Below are positions 1 through 9,908 of a stretch of 64,000 bases of DNA, piece by piece; within the stretch, counting starts at the first letter, position 1; each line of letters starts with the position of its first letter. Under the pieces are notes generated by a model. The model was not told the origin of the DNA, searched no databases, and saw nothing but the letters and a program-made list of their open reading frames with translations. The DNA comes from Bacillota bacterium. GTDB taxonomy: Bacteria > Bacillota > Dethiobacteria > DTU022. The stretch spans positions 3,696 to 67,695 of the forward strand of contig JBNJHN010000002.1 in assembly GCA_051748565.1 (NCBI GenBank), read 5' to 3'. The translations under genes were made by a program, and so were the position numbers.

Positions 1-461
1 TGAAAGTGGCCATAGTCGGAGATATCCGCCACAGCCGGGTTGCCCGATCCAACCTGTGGGGGCTGCAAAAGATGGGCGCTGAAGTGGTTGTTGCCGGCCC
101 ACCGACTCTTATGCCGCCGGATCTTACAGCTTTTGGTGTAAACGCATTCCCAAATATTGAAGAAGCCGTTGAAAATGCTGATGTGGTAATGGCCCTGCGA
201 TTACAGAAAGAGCGCCAGGAAGGTGGGCTCTTCCCAAGTCTTCGCGAATATTCAGAATTATACGGGCTGACACCGCAGAGAATCAGAGGGGCGAAAGAAG
301 ATGTTTTAATTATGCACCCCGGGCCGATGAACCGGGGAGTTGAAATAAGTTCGGAATTGGCTGACGGGCCTCGCTCAATCATCCTGGAGCAGGTGACTTC
401 AGGTGTGGCTGTACGCATGGCACTTCTCTATCTTTTGCTGGGAGGGACAAAGGAAGAATGA
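1..461 (+). CDS. pyrB: aspartate carbamoyltransferase catalytic subunit, C-terminal part (5' end lies outside the window)
   Basis: The translation ([12 protein letters not shown]...[11 protein letters not shown]) matches the ATCase C-terminal domain. The stop overlaps the pyrC ATG (ATGA), and the gene sits in pyr-operon context. Confidence 0.88.
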   Translation, partial: KVAIVGDIRHSRVARSNLWGLQKMGAEVVVAGPPTLMPPDLTAFGVNAFPNIEEAVENADVVMALRLQKERQEGGLFPSLREYSELYGLTPQRIRGAKEDVLIMHPGPMNRGVEISSELADGPRSIILEQVTSGVAVRMALLYLLLGGTKEE

Positions 462-1762
462 AACCACTTTTAATAAAAGAAGGAAGGGTAATTGATCCTT
501 CCCGGAATTTTAACGGGCAGGCCGATATTTTAGTAAGTAAAGGCAAGATCCATGCAGTAGAGAAAAGCTTGGAACCCTCCCCCGGAACAGAAGTTATCGA
601 TGCGTCCGGCTTAATTGTAATGCCCGGTATGATTGACATGCATGTGCACCTGCGTGATCCGGGTTATGAATACAAAGAAGATATATTTTCGGGGGCCCGG
701 GCGGCGGCTGCCGGTGGATTTACCGCTGTTGCGGCTATGGCCAATACGGATCCGGTTAGTGATGATCCTTCGGTTATCGGCTATATTCATGATCGTGCAG
801 CAAGGGCAGCAGTTCGTGTATACCCGATCGGTGCTTTAACCAAAGGTCTTAAGGGTAAAGAACTGGCCGAGCTTGGCAGAATGAAACAGGCCGGAGCCGT
901 AGGTTTCTCTGATGACGGCAGGCCGGTAGAAAACGGTACAATTATGCGTAATGCCCTTCACTATGCTTCAGGTATTAATGCCCTTTTAATCGTTCACGAA
1001 GAAGACTCTCATCTTGCATCGGGAGGGGTGATGCATGAGGGCTCGGTTTCATCGGTTCTCGGCTTGAGGGGGATTCCGGCAGCAGCTGAGGAAGCTATGC
1101 TGGCCCGGGATCTGATGCTGCTTAAAATGACCGGTGGCCGCCTGCACATTGCCCACGTTTCAACCGCAGGCTCGGTTGAACTTCTGCGCCGGGCCAAGGG
1201 GGAGGGACTTGTGGTAACTGCCGAGGTTACACCTCATCATCTCCTGCTGACTGACAGGGCCGTAAAAAATTCAGGATATCATACAAATACGAAAGTAAAT
1301 CCGCCGCTCAGATCAGAGCATGACCGCCAGGCTTTGTGGAAGGGTTTAATTGATGGGACTATAGATGCCATCGCTTCTGATCATGCCCCCCATCATAACG
1401 ATGACAAAGATGTGGAATTTGATTTTGCGCCCTTCGGTATAGCTGGTTTGGAAACAACGTTGCCGCTGATGCTCGATGAATTTAATTCAGGACGGATTAA
1501 GGAACTGACTTTGCCGCTGCTTGTTGAAAAAATGAGCACCACCCCTGCAACTATACTTGATATTGCCGGTGGATCTCTGTGCCCTGGAAGCCCTGCCGAT
1601 ATAACGATTGTAGACCTTAAACACAGTTTTACCGTCAATCCTGAAGCCTGGCATTCAAAATCCGGCAATACACCTTTTGCCGGCCGCCGTCTCGCCGGTG
1701 CGCCGGTTTATACAATAGTCGGTGGGATGGTTATGATGAAGGAAGGTGTGCTATCTGATTGA
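458..1762 (+). CDS. pyrC: dihydroorotase
   Basis: Carries the [10 protein letters not shown] metal-binding motif and a DHAPH motif, and has the amidohydrolase fold length (434 aa). Pyr-operon context. Confidence 0.9.
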   Translation: MKPLLIKEGRVIDPSRNFNGQADILVSKGKIHAVEKSLEPSPGTEVIDASGLIVMPGMIDMHVHLRDPGYEYKEDIFSGARAAAAGGFTAVAAMANTDPVSDDPSVIGYIHDRAARAAVRVYPIGALTKGLKGKELAELGRMKQAGAVGFSDDGRPVENGTIMRNALHYASGINALLIVHEEDSHLASGGVMHEGSVSSVLGLRGIPAAAEEAMLARDLMLLKMTGGRLHIAHVSTAGSVELLRRAKGEGLVVTAEVTPHHLLLTDRAVKNSGYHTNTKVNPPLRSEHDRQALWKGLIDGTIDAIASDHAPHHNDDKDVEFDFAPFGIAGLETTLPLMLDEFNSGRIKELTLPLLVEKMSTTPATILDIAGGSLCPGSPADITIVDLKHSFTVNPEAWHSKSGNTPFAGRRLAGAPVYTIVGGMVMMKEGVLSD

Positions 1763-2528
1763 TTACAAGAGCAATTGTTATAAACTTGAAAAACTCCTGG
1801 TAATCGAGAACCGTGAAGTGGCTCCCGGATACTTCAGGCTTACCTTAGAGGGTTCTTATCTGGCCCGTGAAGCAAAGCCGGGTCAGTTTGTTATGGTATA
1901 CATGCCCATGGAATACGGATACATGCTGCCCCGCCCCTTCAGTATTTTCAGGGTCGACTGTCAAAGAGACGAACTTGCAATCTTCTTTCAGATCAAGGGA
2001 TATGGCACTGAGTTATTGGCCCGTATTGCTCCGGGTGCGGCATTAAAGATACTCGGTCCTTTAGGAAAAGGTTTTCCACCTTTGCCTCCGAAATCTTTAC
2101 TGGCAGCGGGAGGAATGGGCATAGCGCCTTTGGTTTTCCTGGCTTCATCGGCTAAAGTGCCGAGGACATTGATTTACGGTGCCCCGGCAGCCGAATCGCT
2201 TGCCTGCCCTTCCTTAGATCTCGATCTGCCCGGGTTAACCCTGATTACAGCTACCGAGGATGGAAGCAGGGGCGAAAAGGGCACCGTTGTCGAAGTGCTT
2301 GCAGGGATGGCTGCCGATTTCGAAGCTGTATTTGCCTGTGGCCCGCGGCCAATGCTTGATGAAGTAAATAAGCTTTTTCGGGGGACCGGTATTCAAGCCT
2401 GGTTTTCGATGGAAGAACGGATGGCCTGTGGAATCGGTGCCTGTCTTGGCTGTGTTGTGAAAACAGGCAGTGGATATAAACGAGTTTGTCGTGATGGCCC
2501 GGTATTTCCGGCAGCGGAGGTGTTTTGA
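1746..2528 (+). CDS. pyrK: dihydroorotate dehydrogenase electron-transfer subunit (FAD/2Fe-2S)
   Basis: FNR-like domain with a C-terminal Cys cluster (CGIGACLGC...C). It overlaps pyrC by 17 nt and lies between pyrC and pyrD. Confidence 0.82.
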   Translation: MCYLIDYKSNCYKLEKLLVIENREVAPGYFRLTLEGSYLAREAKPGQFVMVYMPMEYGYMLPRPFSIFRVDCQRDELAIFFQIKGYGTELLARIAPGAALKILGPLGKGFPPLPPKSLLAAGGMGIAPLVFLASSAKVPRTLIYGAPAAESLACPSLDLDLPGLTLITATEDGSRGEKGTVVEVLAGMAADFEAVFACGPRPMLDEVNKLFRGTGIQAWFSMEERMACGIGACLGCVVKTGSGYKRVCRDGPVFPAAEVF

Positions 2529-2529
2529 A

Positions 2530-3456
2530 TTGTTTAATCCCAATCTATGTGTGAATCTGGGCGGTATCGAACTGAATTCTCCTGTTCTGGCGGCATCAGG
2601 CCCTTTCGGTTACGGACATGAATACCATGAATATCTTGATCTTGATGCCCTGGGAGGAATTATAGTAAAAGGAGTTTCACTTAAACCATGGGAAGGGAAT
2701 CCTCCTCCGCGCCTTGCCGAAACTGCCTCAGGCCTGCTTAACTCTATTGGTCTCCAGAATCCTGGATTACTGAATTTCCTGGAGAATGACCTGCCTCTGC
2801 TCAGGAATACAGGGCCGCGCCTTATTGTTAATATTGTCGGTGCGACAATCGAAGAATATGCTGCAGTGGCAGAGGGGCTTACTAATGCCGAAGGAGTAGA
2901 TGGTCTCGAAGTGAACGTTTCCTGCCCTAACCTTAAAGCCGGGGGCATGGCTTTCTGTACCGATCCGGGAGTTACATATGCTGTGGTCAGTGCTGTCAGA
3001 AAGAAGACGGCTCTTCCCCTGCTGGTAAAACTATCTCCCAATGTTACTGATATAAAAACAATTGCCAGTGCTGCCGAAGCAGCAGGAGCTGATGCCCTTT
3101 CCCTGATCAACACGCTATCGGGGATGCTGATTGATATCGAGTCCAGGAAACCGGTTTTGGGAAATATTTTCGGTGGATTATCAGGCCCGGCAGTGATGCC
3201 TGTTGCCCTTAAGATGACCTGGCAGACAGCGGATGCAGTTAAGATTCCCCTTCTCGGGATGGGCGGAATAACTTCAGCTGAAGATGCCCTTCAGTTTATT
3301 ATGGCCGGCGCCAGGGCCGTAGCTGTAGGGACAGGTTTATTTTATAACCCCGGACTGCCCTTTGAAATTCTAAAAGGTTTGAAACAGTACATGATGATAA
3401 ATAATATTGCCGATCTTGGAATACTCGAAGGAGCTGCCAGGAAAGGAGAAGTTTAA
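2530..3456 (+). CDS. pyrD: dihydroorotate dehydrogenase (class 1B) catalytic subunit
   Basis: Shows the typical N-terminus ...NPNLCVNLGGIELNSPV, ASGPFGYG and the family motifs. The ORF-track ATG at 2470 overlaps pyrK, so a TTG at 2530, just after the pyrK stop, is the more plausible start. Confidence 0.82.
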   Translation: MFNPNLCVNLGGIELNSPVLAASGPFGYGHEYHEYLDLDALGGIIVKGVSLKPWEGNPPPRLAETASGLLNSIGLQNPGLLNFLENDLPLLRNTGPRLIVNIVGATIEEYAAVAEGLTNAEGVDGLEVNVSCPNLKAGGMAFCTDPGVTYAVVSAVRKKTALPLLVKLSPNVTDIKTIASAAEAAGADALSLINTLSGMLIDIESRKPVLGNIFGGLSGPAVMPVALKMTWQTADAVKIPLLGMGGITSAEDALQFIMAGARAVAVGTGLFYNPGLPFEILKGLKQYMMINNIADLGILEGAARKGEV

Positions 3457-3457
3457 T

Positions 3458-4165
3458 ATGGAAATTAATCCAGCGCGTTTGATCATAGCCCTTGATCTGC
3501 CCGACCCCGAGCGGGCGCTGATGCTTGTAAAAATACTCGGTCCACTCGATGTAAGCTTTAAAGTGGGCCTGGAGCTTTTTATAGCCGGGGGGCCTTCACT
3601 GGTGTCCGAATTGACTTCCCGCTACCGGGTCTTTCTCGATTTAAAGTTTCACGATATTCCGAACACTGCAGGAGCGGCGGTAAGAGAGGCGGCAAAACTC
3701 GGTGTATGGATGCTTAATCTCCATGCTTCGGGAGGCAGGGATATGATGTTAGCTGCCAGGAGAGTGGTTGAAGGGCTTAAGACAAAACCAATGCTTCTTG
3801 CTGTTACAGTTTTAACCAGCATGAGTTGTCGCCAGCTGGCTGAAACCGGCAATTCAGAAATTATCACTGAAAGGGTTCGCCTGCTTTCCAAACTTGCTTA
3901 TGAGTGCAGTATGGATGGGGTGGTTTGTTCTCCCCTGGAAATAGCCGCAGTTAAAAAAGCGGTGTCGACAGAATTTATTACGGTTACACCAGGAGTCAGG
4001 CCGATCGGTGCAGACAGAGGGGACCAATCCCGAACAGGCACCCCGGCTGATGTTATCCGGGCCGGGGGAGACTACCTCGTAGTTGGCAGGCCGGTTACCG
4101 GGGCTGCAGATCCGCTCATGGCTGCTGAAAATATTCTTGCTCAGATGGGAGAAAGTTATGAATGA
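3458..4165 (+). CDS. pyrF: orotidine 5'-phosphate decarboxylase
   Basis: IIALDLPD...LDLKFHDIPNT motifs are present. An ATG at 3458 is preceded by GGAGAAG, so the ORF-track start at 3407 is probably too early. Confidence 0.85.
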   Translation: MEINPARLIIALDLPDPERALMLVKILGPLDVSFKVGLELFIAGGPSLVSELTSRYRVFLDLKFHDIPNTAGAAVREAAKLGVWMLNLHASGGRDMMLAARRVVEGLKTKPMLLAVTVLTSMSCRQLAETGNSEIITERVRLLSKLAYECSMDGVVCSPLEIAAVKKAVSTEFITVTPGVRPIGADRGDQSRTGTPADVIRAGGDYLVVGRPVTGAADPLMAAENILAQMGESYE

Positions 4166-4718
4166 GGATATTATTAAACTGCTTAAGAAAAGCGGGGCCA
4201 TAATGGAAGGGCATTTTTTACTGACTTCGGGCAGGCACAGCAGCCTGTTCCTGCAGTGTTCGCAGCTTATGCAGTATCCTGAATATGCAGAACTGATCTG
4301 CAGCAGGATGGCCGAGCCTTTTAAGAATGAAAGAATTGAAGCAGTAATTGGCCCGGCCATGGGAGGGATAATCATGGCTTATGAAACGGCCCGCTCGCTT
4401 GGAGCAAGGGCTCTATTTGCCGAACGGTCTGACAGCGGGATGATCCTCAGGCGGGGATTTTCAATAAAGCCGGGAGAAAAAGTGCTGGTTGTTGAAGATG
4501 CTGTCACAACCGGTGGTTCAGTGCAAAAAGTATTGGATATGCTGCACCTCCTTAAAGCCGAGGTAATCGCTGTTTCAATTTTGGTTGATCGGACTGCCGG
4601 CCGCCTTGATTTTGGCTTGCCTTTGAAATCTCTTTTGAGTATGGAAATTGAATCTTACGAGGCGGACAACTGTCCGTTATGCCTTAAAGGTATTCCCATC
4701 CAAAGACCGAAAGGATAA
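4158..4718 (+). CDS. pyrE: orotate phosphoribosyltransferase
   Basis: PRTase motif VLVVEDAVTTGGS. The ATG at 4158 overlaps the pyrF stop (ATGA). Confidence 0.85.
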   Translation: MNEDIIKLLKKSGAIMEGHFLLTSGRHSSLFLQCSQLMQYPEYAELICSRMAEPFKNERIEAVIGPAMGGIIMAYETARSLGARALFAERSDSGMILRRGFSIKPGEKVLVVEDAVTTGGSVQKVLDMLHLLKAEVIAVSILVDRTAGRLDFGLPLKSLLSMEIESYEADNCPLCLKGIPIQRPKG

Positions 4719-4837
4719 AAACCCTTTCCATAGATCGTGGTAGGAATCGAATTTCCCTGTCAATTAAACAGGCTATCGAGAAGTGAGATGCAGAGTTAGG
4801 GAAGTTTAAAATAGCAAGCCTGTAAGTGAAGAAGGTT

Positions 4838-5482
4838 TTATTTCTTTTTTGGCGCCCGTAAAGGATATGTCAGCTGAACCAGAAAAAAGAAGCCGAAAAT
4901 AACAGGAAAACCGGCTGCCAGATGGTATTTTTTGCTGGTAGGCATAACTTCCCAAAACCCACGATAAAAACTTTGCCCGGATCTCTTCAGATCCGGACTG
5001 GGCATAGTTAATCTGACCTGCCCGGAACTATCTATAACAAGCATAGATTCACTGGCATTCTCGAGGGTGTTTTCCCGTTTACCTTCGTAGTCGACCCAGA
5101 TATGTGTCAATGAGATATTTTTATAGTAAGGAATCTCAAGTTCTTCCATTAAAGAAGCGAAAAGGAGGAAGCGGGCTTTGCAGTCACCCCTGCCGTTTTG
5201 CAGAACTTCGTCAAGAGTCGGGAAATACCAGGGCATGTTATAGACTTCCCAGTCATACTGGTAGGGAAGCTGGCTGTAAACGAAGGCCTGAATTTCATCC
5301 GGAGAATTATCCTGCAGCTGTTCGGCAATTTCAACAACATGGTATGGCATTAAGGGTGGATTTTTCAACCTGTAAACACTGGCTGCCAGGTGCCTGGGGT
5401 TTGGGTACAGCACCAGCAGGAACCATAAGGCCAGCATTATTAAGATGTATGAAAATCTCTTCAGATTGTTTTTGTTTCGCAA
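4838..5482 (-). CDS. membrane-anchored transglutaminase-like domain protein (hypothetical)
   Basis: N-terminal TM helix, then a G-D-C-K-A-R-F core that resembles transglutaminase-like cysteine protease motifs. Divergent from the NOX-like gene. Confidence 0.45.
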   Translation of the reverse strand: MRNKNNLKRFSYILIMLALWFLLVLYPNPRHLAASVYRLKNPPLMPYHVVEIAEQLQDNSPDEIQAFVYSQLPYQYDWEVYNMPWYFPTLDEVLQNGRGDCKARFLLFASLMEELEIPYYKNISLTHIWVDYEGKRENTLENASESMLVIDSSGQVRLTMPSPDLKRSGQSFYRGFWEVMPTSKKYHLAAGFPVIFGFFFLVQLTYPLRAPKKK

Positions 5483-5629
5483 TGTGGTTTACCCCTTTTA
5501 AATACTAACAACTATATTATACAGTAGTAAACAGCTGTTTGGCAACGTGATTGACAATAAACCTATTTATCAGGGTAGTGTTTGTATTGTAAGGGTATGT
5601 TTTATAAAATAAGGTAAGGAGGTGTTTGA

Positions 5630-6904
5630 ATGAAAGCGCGTCTGGCATTAACGGTCATTGTCATTATACTTGTGCTGACAATCATAATCTGGGCTTCCGC
5701 AATTGATTTTGAGCCCCTCAGCCTGGGTTACCTGAGGCATTTCGGCCTGTTGTTCGCCGCGGTTGGCCTGGTGTTGATTTTTATGCAGTTTGTTTTCGTT
5801 TCCCGAATTAAAGCAATTGAAAACGGCTTCGGTTTGGATCGGATGTTACGGTGGCACAGGTTTTTCGGGCGGTCCGGCCTTGGTTTTTTATGGTTGCATG
5901 CAGTCATGATTGTGCTATTTCGCTTAATTGAGTTCGGAGATTTATTCTTATCAACTTTCATCTGGGTTGGAGTAGCTGCCCTGCTTGGTTTTTCTGTTAC
6001 AGCCATGCTTGCTTCATTGTACAAGAAACTGGGTTTGCTATATGAAATCTGGCGTAATATTCACTTGTTCAACTATTTATTGTTCCCTTTTGTTTTAGTT
6101 CATGTTTTTTACTTTTCCGTCGGGGCCGGTTCATCGTTTTTACTTATCTGGATCCTCCTGGCTGTTTTTTATGCGTTTTTAATTGTCTATCGTATTGTAA
6201 GAATTTTAGCCATTAGGCGTAACCCCTATGAGGTTATCGGGGTTAAACAGGAAGCCGAAGATATCTGGAGCTTAATTTTTGAAGGTAAAAGGATTGATTT
6301 TCGGCCGGGGCAGTTCATGATCATCCAGCTTTTACGTAACGGCAGGCTTTCATCACCGCATCCTTTTACCATTTCAAACAGCCCCACCCGCGAGAATCTC
6401 TCGATAACCCCAAAAGAACTTGGCGACTTTACAAAGACCATTAAAGAAACCAGGGTTGGAGATCAGGCTTTCATCGATGCACCTTACGGTGTTTTCAGTT
6501 TCTTAAACTACTGGCAGGATGAACTTGTTTTCATAGCCGGTGGAATTGGGATTACCCCTTTTATAAGTATGCTGCGTTATATCTGCGATCAGAAGCTTAA
6601 TCTCAGGGCAACCCTTTTCTGGGCAAATCGTAATGAAAGCAGCCTCTGCTTCAGGGAAGAACTACGGGAAATGGAAAAAGAAATGGAGCAATTTAAAGCG
6701 ATACTGGTTATGTCCGACCAGCCTGACTGGCCCGGTGAGAAAGGTTTTATCAATACCGGTATGATCACCGATTACCTGGGTAATCTCAGCCAAAAAGACT
6801 TTTTTGTCTGTGGGCCGCCTCCGATGATCAAGGCCATAATTAAAGATTTAAAAAAACAAAAAGTTCTTTCCCCCAGGATTCATAACGAGATTTTTGAGCT
6901 TTAA
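5630..6904 (+). CDS. NOX/ferric-reductase-family flavocytochrome (6-TM bis-heme domain + FAD + NAD(P)H-binding domains)
   Basis: His pairs spaced 13-14 residues apart sit in two TM helices (WHRFF...WLHAV; IHLFN...LVHVF). It also has the HPFTIS FAD motif, the GGIGITPF NAD(P)H motif and a C-terminal CGPPPM. Its 424-aa length is like the minimal bacterial NOX homologues. Confidence 0.75.
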   Translation: MKARLALTVIVIILVLTIIIWASAIDFEPLSLGYLRHFGLLFAAVGLVLIFMQFVFVSRIKAIENGFGLDRMLRWHRFFGRSGLGFLWLHAVMIVLFRLIEFGDLFLSTFIWVGVAALLGFSVTAMLASLYKKLGLLYEIWRNIHLFNYLLFPFVLVHVFYFSVGAGSSFLLIWILLAVFYAFLIVYRIVRILAIRRNPYEVIGVKQEAEDIWSLIFEGKRIDFRPGQFMIIQLLRNGRLSSPHPFTISNSPTRENLSITPKELGDFTKTIKETRVGDQAFIDAPYGVFSFLNYWQDELVFIAGGIGITPFISMLRYICDQKLNLRATLFWANRNESSLCFREELREMEKEMEQFKAILVMSDQPDWPGEKGFINTGMITDYLGNLSQKDFFVCGPPPMIKAIIKDLKKQKVLSPRIHNEIFEL

Positions 6905-6956
6905 GGTGATCTTAAAAATATTGAATGAGACATAAGTATCGAAAGGAGCTTGATAT

Positions 6957-8582
6957 TTGAATTATATATTTTACAATGGCCGGGTTGTGACTGTGGAGGG
7001 TGATAAAGAGTCAGCAACAGCTGTCGCTGTAAAGGGCAACAAAATTTTTGCTATTGGCAGAGATGAAGAGATCCTTGCTCTTGCTAACAATGGGACGGAG
7101 CTAACAGACCTGGGTGGGAGATCTTTGCTGCCCGGTTTTAATGACAGCCACCTTCATTTAATCGGTTATGCGCTTAATGCGGCGAAAGTTAATTTGAGTC
7201 AAAGCAGGAGCATAGAGCACGTTGTGGGAGAGATTCAAAACTTTATAATTGAGCGTGAAATTGAAAAAGGTCAATGGGTGCTCGGTTGGGGCTGGAATCA
7301 AAGTCTTTTTGAAGAAGGTAGGATGCCAAACCGCCATGATCTTGACCGGGCTGCCCCTGATAACCCACTTTTGATCATGCGCACCTGCTGTCACATCAGT
7401 TCGGTAAATACAATTGCTTTAAAACAAGCCGGGATATATTCAAATCCGCCTATCTTTGATGGAGGTACTGTGGAAACTGGAGTTGACGGGGTTTCAACCG
7501 GGGTTTTAAAAGAAAAGGCGATATCACTGGTTATGGATTTAATTTCATCAGCGGATACCGATATGCTGAAAGATTTAATTAAAGCGGCAGCAAATGATTT
7601 TCTGGCTGCAGGATTGACTTCAGTGCAGACTGATGACCTGGCAGCTCTCGGCAGTAAAAAATTGCCCGAACTTATCCAGGCTTACCGCGATCTTGAAACT
7701 TCAGGGAGTTTGGGACTGCGCGTTAATCTACAACCACTGTTAATGACAATTGATGAGCTGCACTCTTTTCTTGAGCTTGGCTGCAGGACCGGCCAGGGTA
7801 GTGAATTTTTTAAAATCGGCCCCTTGAAATTGCTGACAGATGGTTCAATTGGCGGCCGGACAGCGCTGCTTTCGGCCCCTTATGCAGATAGTACCGTTAA
7901 CTGTGGAATAGCAGTTTTATCGCGGGATGAACTTAAAAAACTGGTCGAACTTGCTCACAAAAACGGGATGCAGATTGCTGCCCATGCCATCGGGGATGCG
8001 GCGATAGATATGGTGCTTGATATATATGAGGATGTGAGTCGCCAATATTTTCGTTTTGATCCCCGGTTCAGGATAATCCATGTCTCGGTGGTCAGGCATG
8101 ACCAGCTCGAACGCTTCAGGATACAGGACGTAATTGCCGACATTCAACCATCTTTTATCCCTTCAGACTATGGTCTGGTTGATCTGCACCTTGGTAAGGA
8201 GCGGGCATCATGGACATACCGCTGGAAAGATTTTGTGAAGTGTAACATAAAAACGGCTTGTGGCTCTGATTGCCCCGTAGAAAGTTATAAGCCGCTTGAT
8301 GGAATCTATGCCGCAATGACCAGGCAGGACAAAAAGGGTTATCCTCCCGGTGGTTGGTTTCCAGAGCAGAAGTTGGATTTGAACGAGGTTTTGCATATGT
8401 ATACTATGGGTTCGGCTTACTGCAGTTTTGAAGAAGATATAAAAGGAAGCATAAAGGCCGGAAAGCTGGCCGATATGGTAGTTTTATCCGGGAACATTAC
8501 TGCGACCGAACCGGAGATGATTAAAAATCTAACGGTCGACCTGACTATGGTTGACGGAAAGATTGTTTACAGGCGTCAATAA
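6957..8582 (+). CDS. amidohydrolase family protein (amidohydrolase-3 type)
   Basis: HLH metal motif near the N-terminus (NDSHLHLIGY) and a C-terminal ...GSD..V....P... region. TTG start with an AAAGGAG SD. Confidence 0.72.
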   Translation: MNYIFYNGRVVTVEGDKESATAVAVKGNKIFAIGRDEEILALANNGTELTDLGGRSLLPGFNDSHLHLIGYALNAAKVNLSQSRSIEHVVGEIQNFIIEREIEKGQWVLGWGWNQSLFEEGRMPNRHDLDRAAPDNPLLIMRTCCHISSVNTIALKQAGIYSNPPIFDGGTVETGVDGVSTGVLKEKAISLVMDLISSADTDMLKDLIKAAANDFLAAGLTSVQTDDLAALGSKKLPELIQAYRDLETSGSLGLRVNLQPLLMTIDELHSFLELGCRTGQGSEFFKIGPLKLLTDGSIGGRTALLSAPYADSTVNCGIAVLSRDELKKLVELAHKNGMQIAAHAIGDAAIDMVLDIYEDVSRQYFRFDPRFRIIHVSVVRHDQLERFRIQDVIADIQPSFIPSDYGLVDLHLGKERASWTYRWKDFVKCNIKTACGSDCPVESYKPLDGIYAAMTRQDKKGYPPGGWFPEQKLDLNEVLHMYTMGSAYCSFEEDIKGSIKAGKLADMVVLSGNITATEPEMIKNLTVDLTMVDGKIVYRRQ

Positions 8583-8622
8583 AATGGTCGATGCATAAAG
8601 ATAAATGGCCTGTTAGAAAGGA

Positions 8623-9483
8623 TTGAATAATATCAGCAAAAAATTTACCCTTGGTATCCCTATGGACTTTGGTTATCTGACAAATCGTATTATTGTATTT
8701 CTATCCCTGGCTTCTTTTATAAGTGTTCTGGTTTACCAGCTATTTGTCGGTACATCAGTTCTTTCCGGATTAAATATTGCTTTTGCCACCGGTTTTGCCG
8801 TTTTTTTGTCTTGGGCATTGGGCCGGGAAATAGATCCGGCCAGCGATTGGTCTGCTTTTGTAGCTCTGCCGGCGACTTTTATAATTGCCCTCCTATACGG
8901 TGGTCCTGCATTTATGGCTCTTTTGTTTATTCTGCTTTTCAGCAGGGCTCTTAACGGAACAACCGGGACGCAGGCAACTTTTCTTGATTCAGTAATACTC
9001 ATTATTATTGGAGGAGTGCTTCACTTTGACGGTATAACAACGGCTCTGCCCGTCCTGGCCCTGGTTTTCATTCTCGATAGATTACTAAAACCGGTTAACC
9101 GGGAACAGGCATATTTTGTCCTGGCATCCGTGATAATATTTGGAGTTTTACTTGTTATTATGCCCGAAAAAGTAGTCCCTTTTCAAGGCTTAAGCTCATA
9201 CACGGCATATGCTTCATTTCTGCTTATCATAGCAGCAGCTGTGGTTATTTATATGACCAGAAGCGATCGGACATATAACAGTAAGACAGGTCTTCAGCTC
9301 CGGTCCAGGCGGGTATTTGCATCTCAGGCACTGATTGTGCTTTTTATGCTGGCTGAGATCTTTTCCAAAGGCAGTTCAGCTTTTTTATACTTTTATCCTG
9401 CCATGGCAGCTTACTGCGGGGCGGCACTTTTTCACCTGGCCGGTTTAATCCGGCCCAGGCAAAAACAGATTGCCAGAGATTAA
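8623..9483 (+). CDS. polytopic membrane protein, hypothetical
   Basis: Many hydrophobic helices and no recognisable motif. TTG start. Confidence 0.45.
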   Translation: MNNISKKFTLGIPMDFGYLTNRIIVFLSLASFISVLVYQLFVGTSVLSGLNIAFATGFAVFLSWALGREIDPASDWSAFVALPATFIIALLYGGPAFMALLFILLFSRALNGTTGTQATFLDSVILIIIGGVLHFDGITTALPVLALVFILDRLLKPVNREQAYFVLASVIIFGVLLVIMPEKVVPFQGLSSYTAYASFLLIIAAAVVIYMTRSDRTYNSKTGLQLRSRRVFASQALIVLFMLAEIFSKGSSAFLYFYPAMAAYCGAALFHLAGLIRPRQKQIARD

Positions 9484-9797
9484 TAAATAGTGCCATACAC
9501 AGCCATCCATATGCACGGTGGGTCCTGAGAAGTCCAATCAACACGGTGTTGTTCTCCGGCAGGAATCAAAATCCAATCACCTTGTTCCATCAGTATTGAT
9601 TTTCCGCTTTTCCAGGTTAGTTTTGCCTGTCCCTGCAATAAAGCTACCCATTCATTTCTTACCTGCTCATACCAGAACCCATCAGGCCATCTCTGTCCGG
9701 TTGAGAAGATTCTTTCAATGGTAATGTCCCGGTCCGGGATAAGAGGGTCACCAAGCTCCTCTCTTCCGGGTAAGTTTGTCAGCTTGAATAAATTCAT
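9480..9797 (-). CDS. cupin domain protein
   Basis: Small beta-barrel signature (ILIPAGEQHRV). Confidence 0.55.
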   Translation of the reverse strand: MNLFKLTNLPGREELGDPLIPDRDITIERIFSTGQRWPDGFWYEQVRNEWVALLQGQAKLTWKSGKSILMEQGDWILIPAGEQHRVDWTSQDPPCIWMAVYGTIY

Positions 9798-9908
9798 CTT
9801 TCAGGCGCCTCCCTGTTAGAATATAATAGGATAAACATATTAAAGGCAGGAGATTGCATTACGGTTTCCGGATATTTATTAAATCAGAAGCAGGGAGGGC
9901 ACAATGGA

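Noticed and set aside
2610-3113. Antisense 167-aa ORF inside pyrD, and similar antisense or alternate-frame ORFs (633-839, 1009-1197, 3854-4375, 5104-5508, 24320-24808, 29861-30307, 62214-62773, 63024-63455)
   Set aside because: All lie within well-supported domain-bearing genes on the other strand or frame. Their Ser/Arg/Pro-rich low-complexity translations are typical of shadow ORFs.
4719-4837. tRNA-like impression (GGAATCGAATTTCC) after pyrE
   Set aside because: No acceptor-stem or anticodon-arm pairing could be built. It is probably just an intergenic or terminator region.
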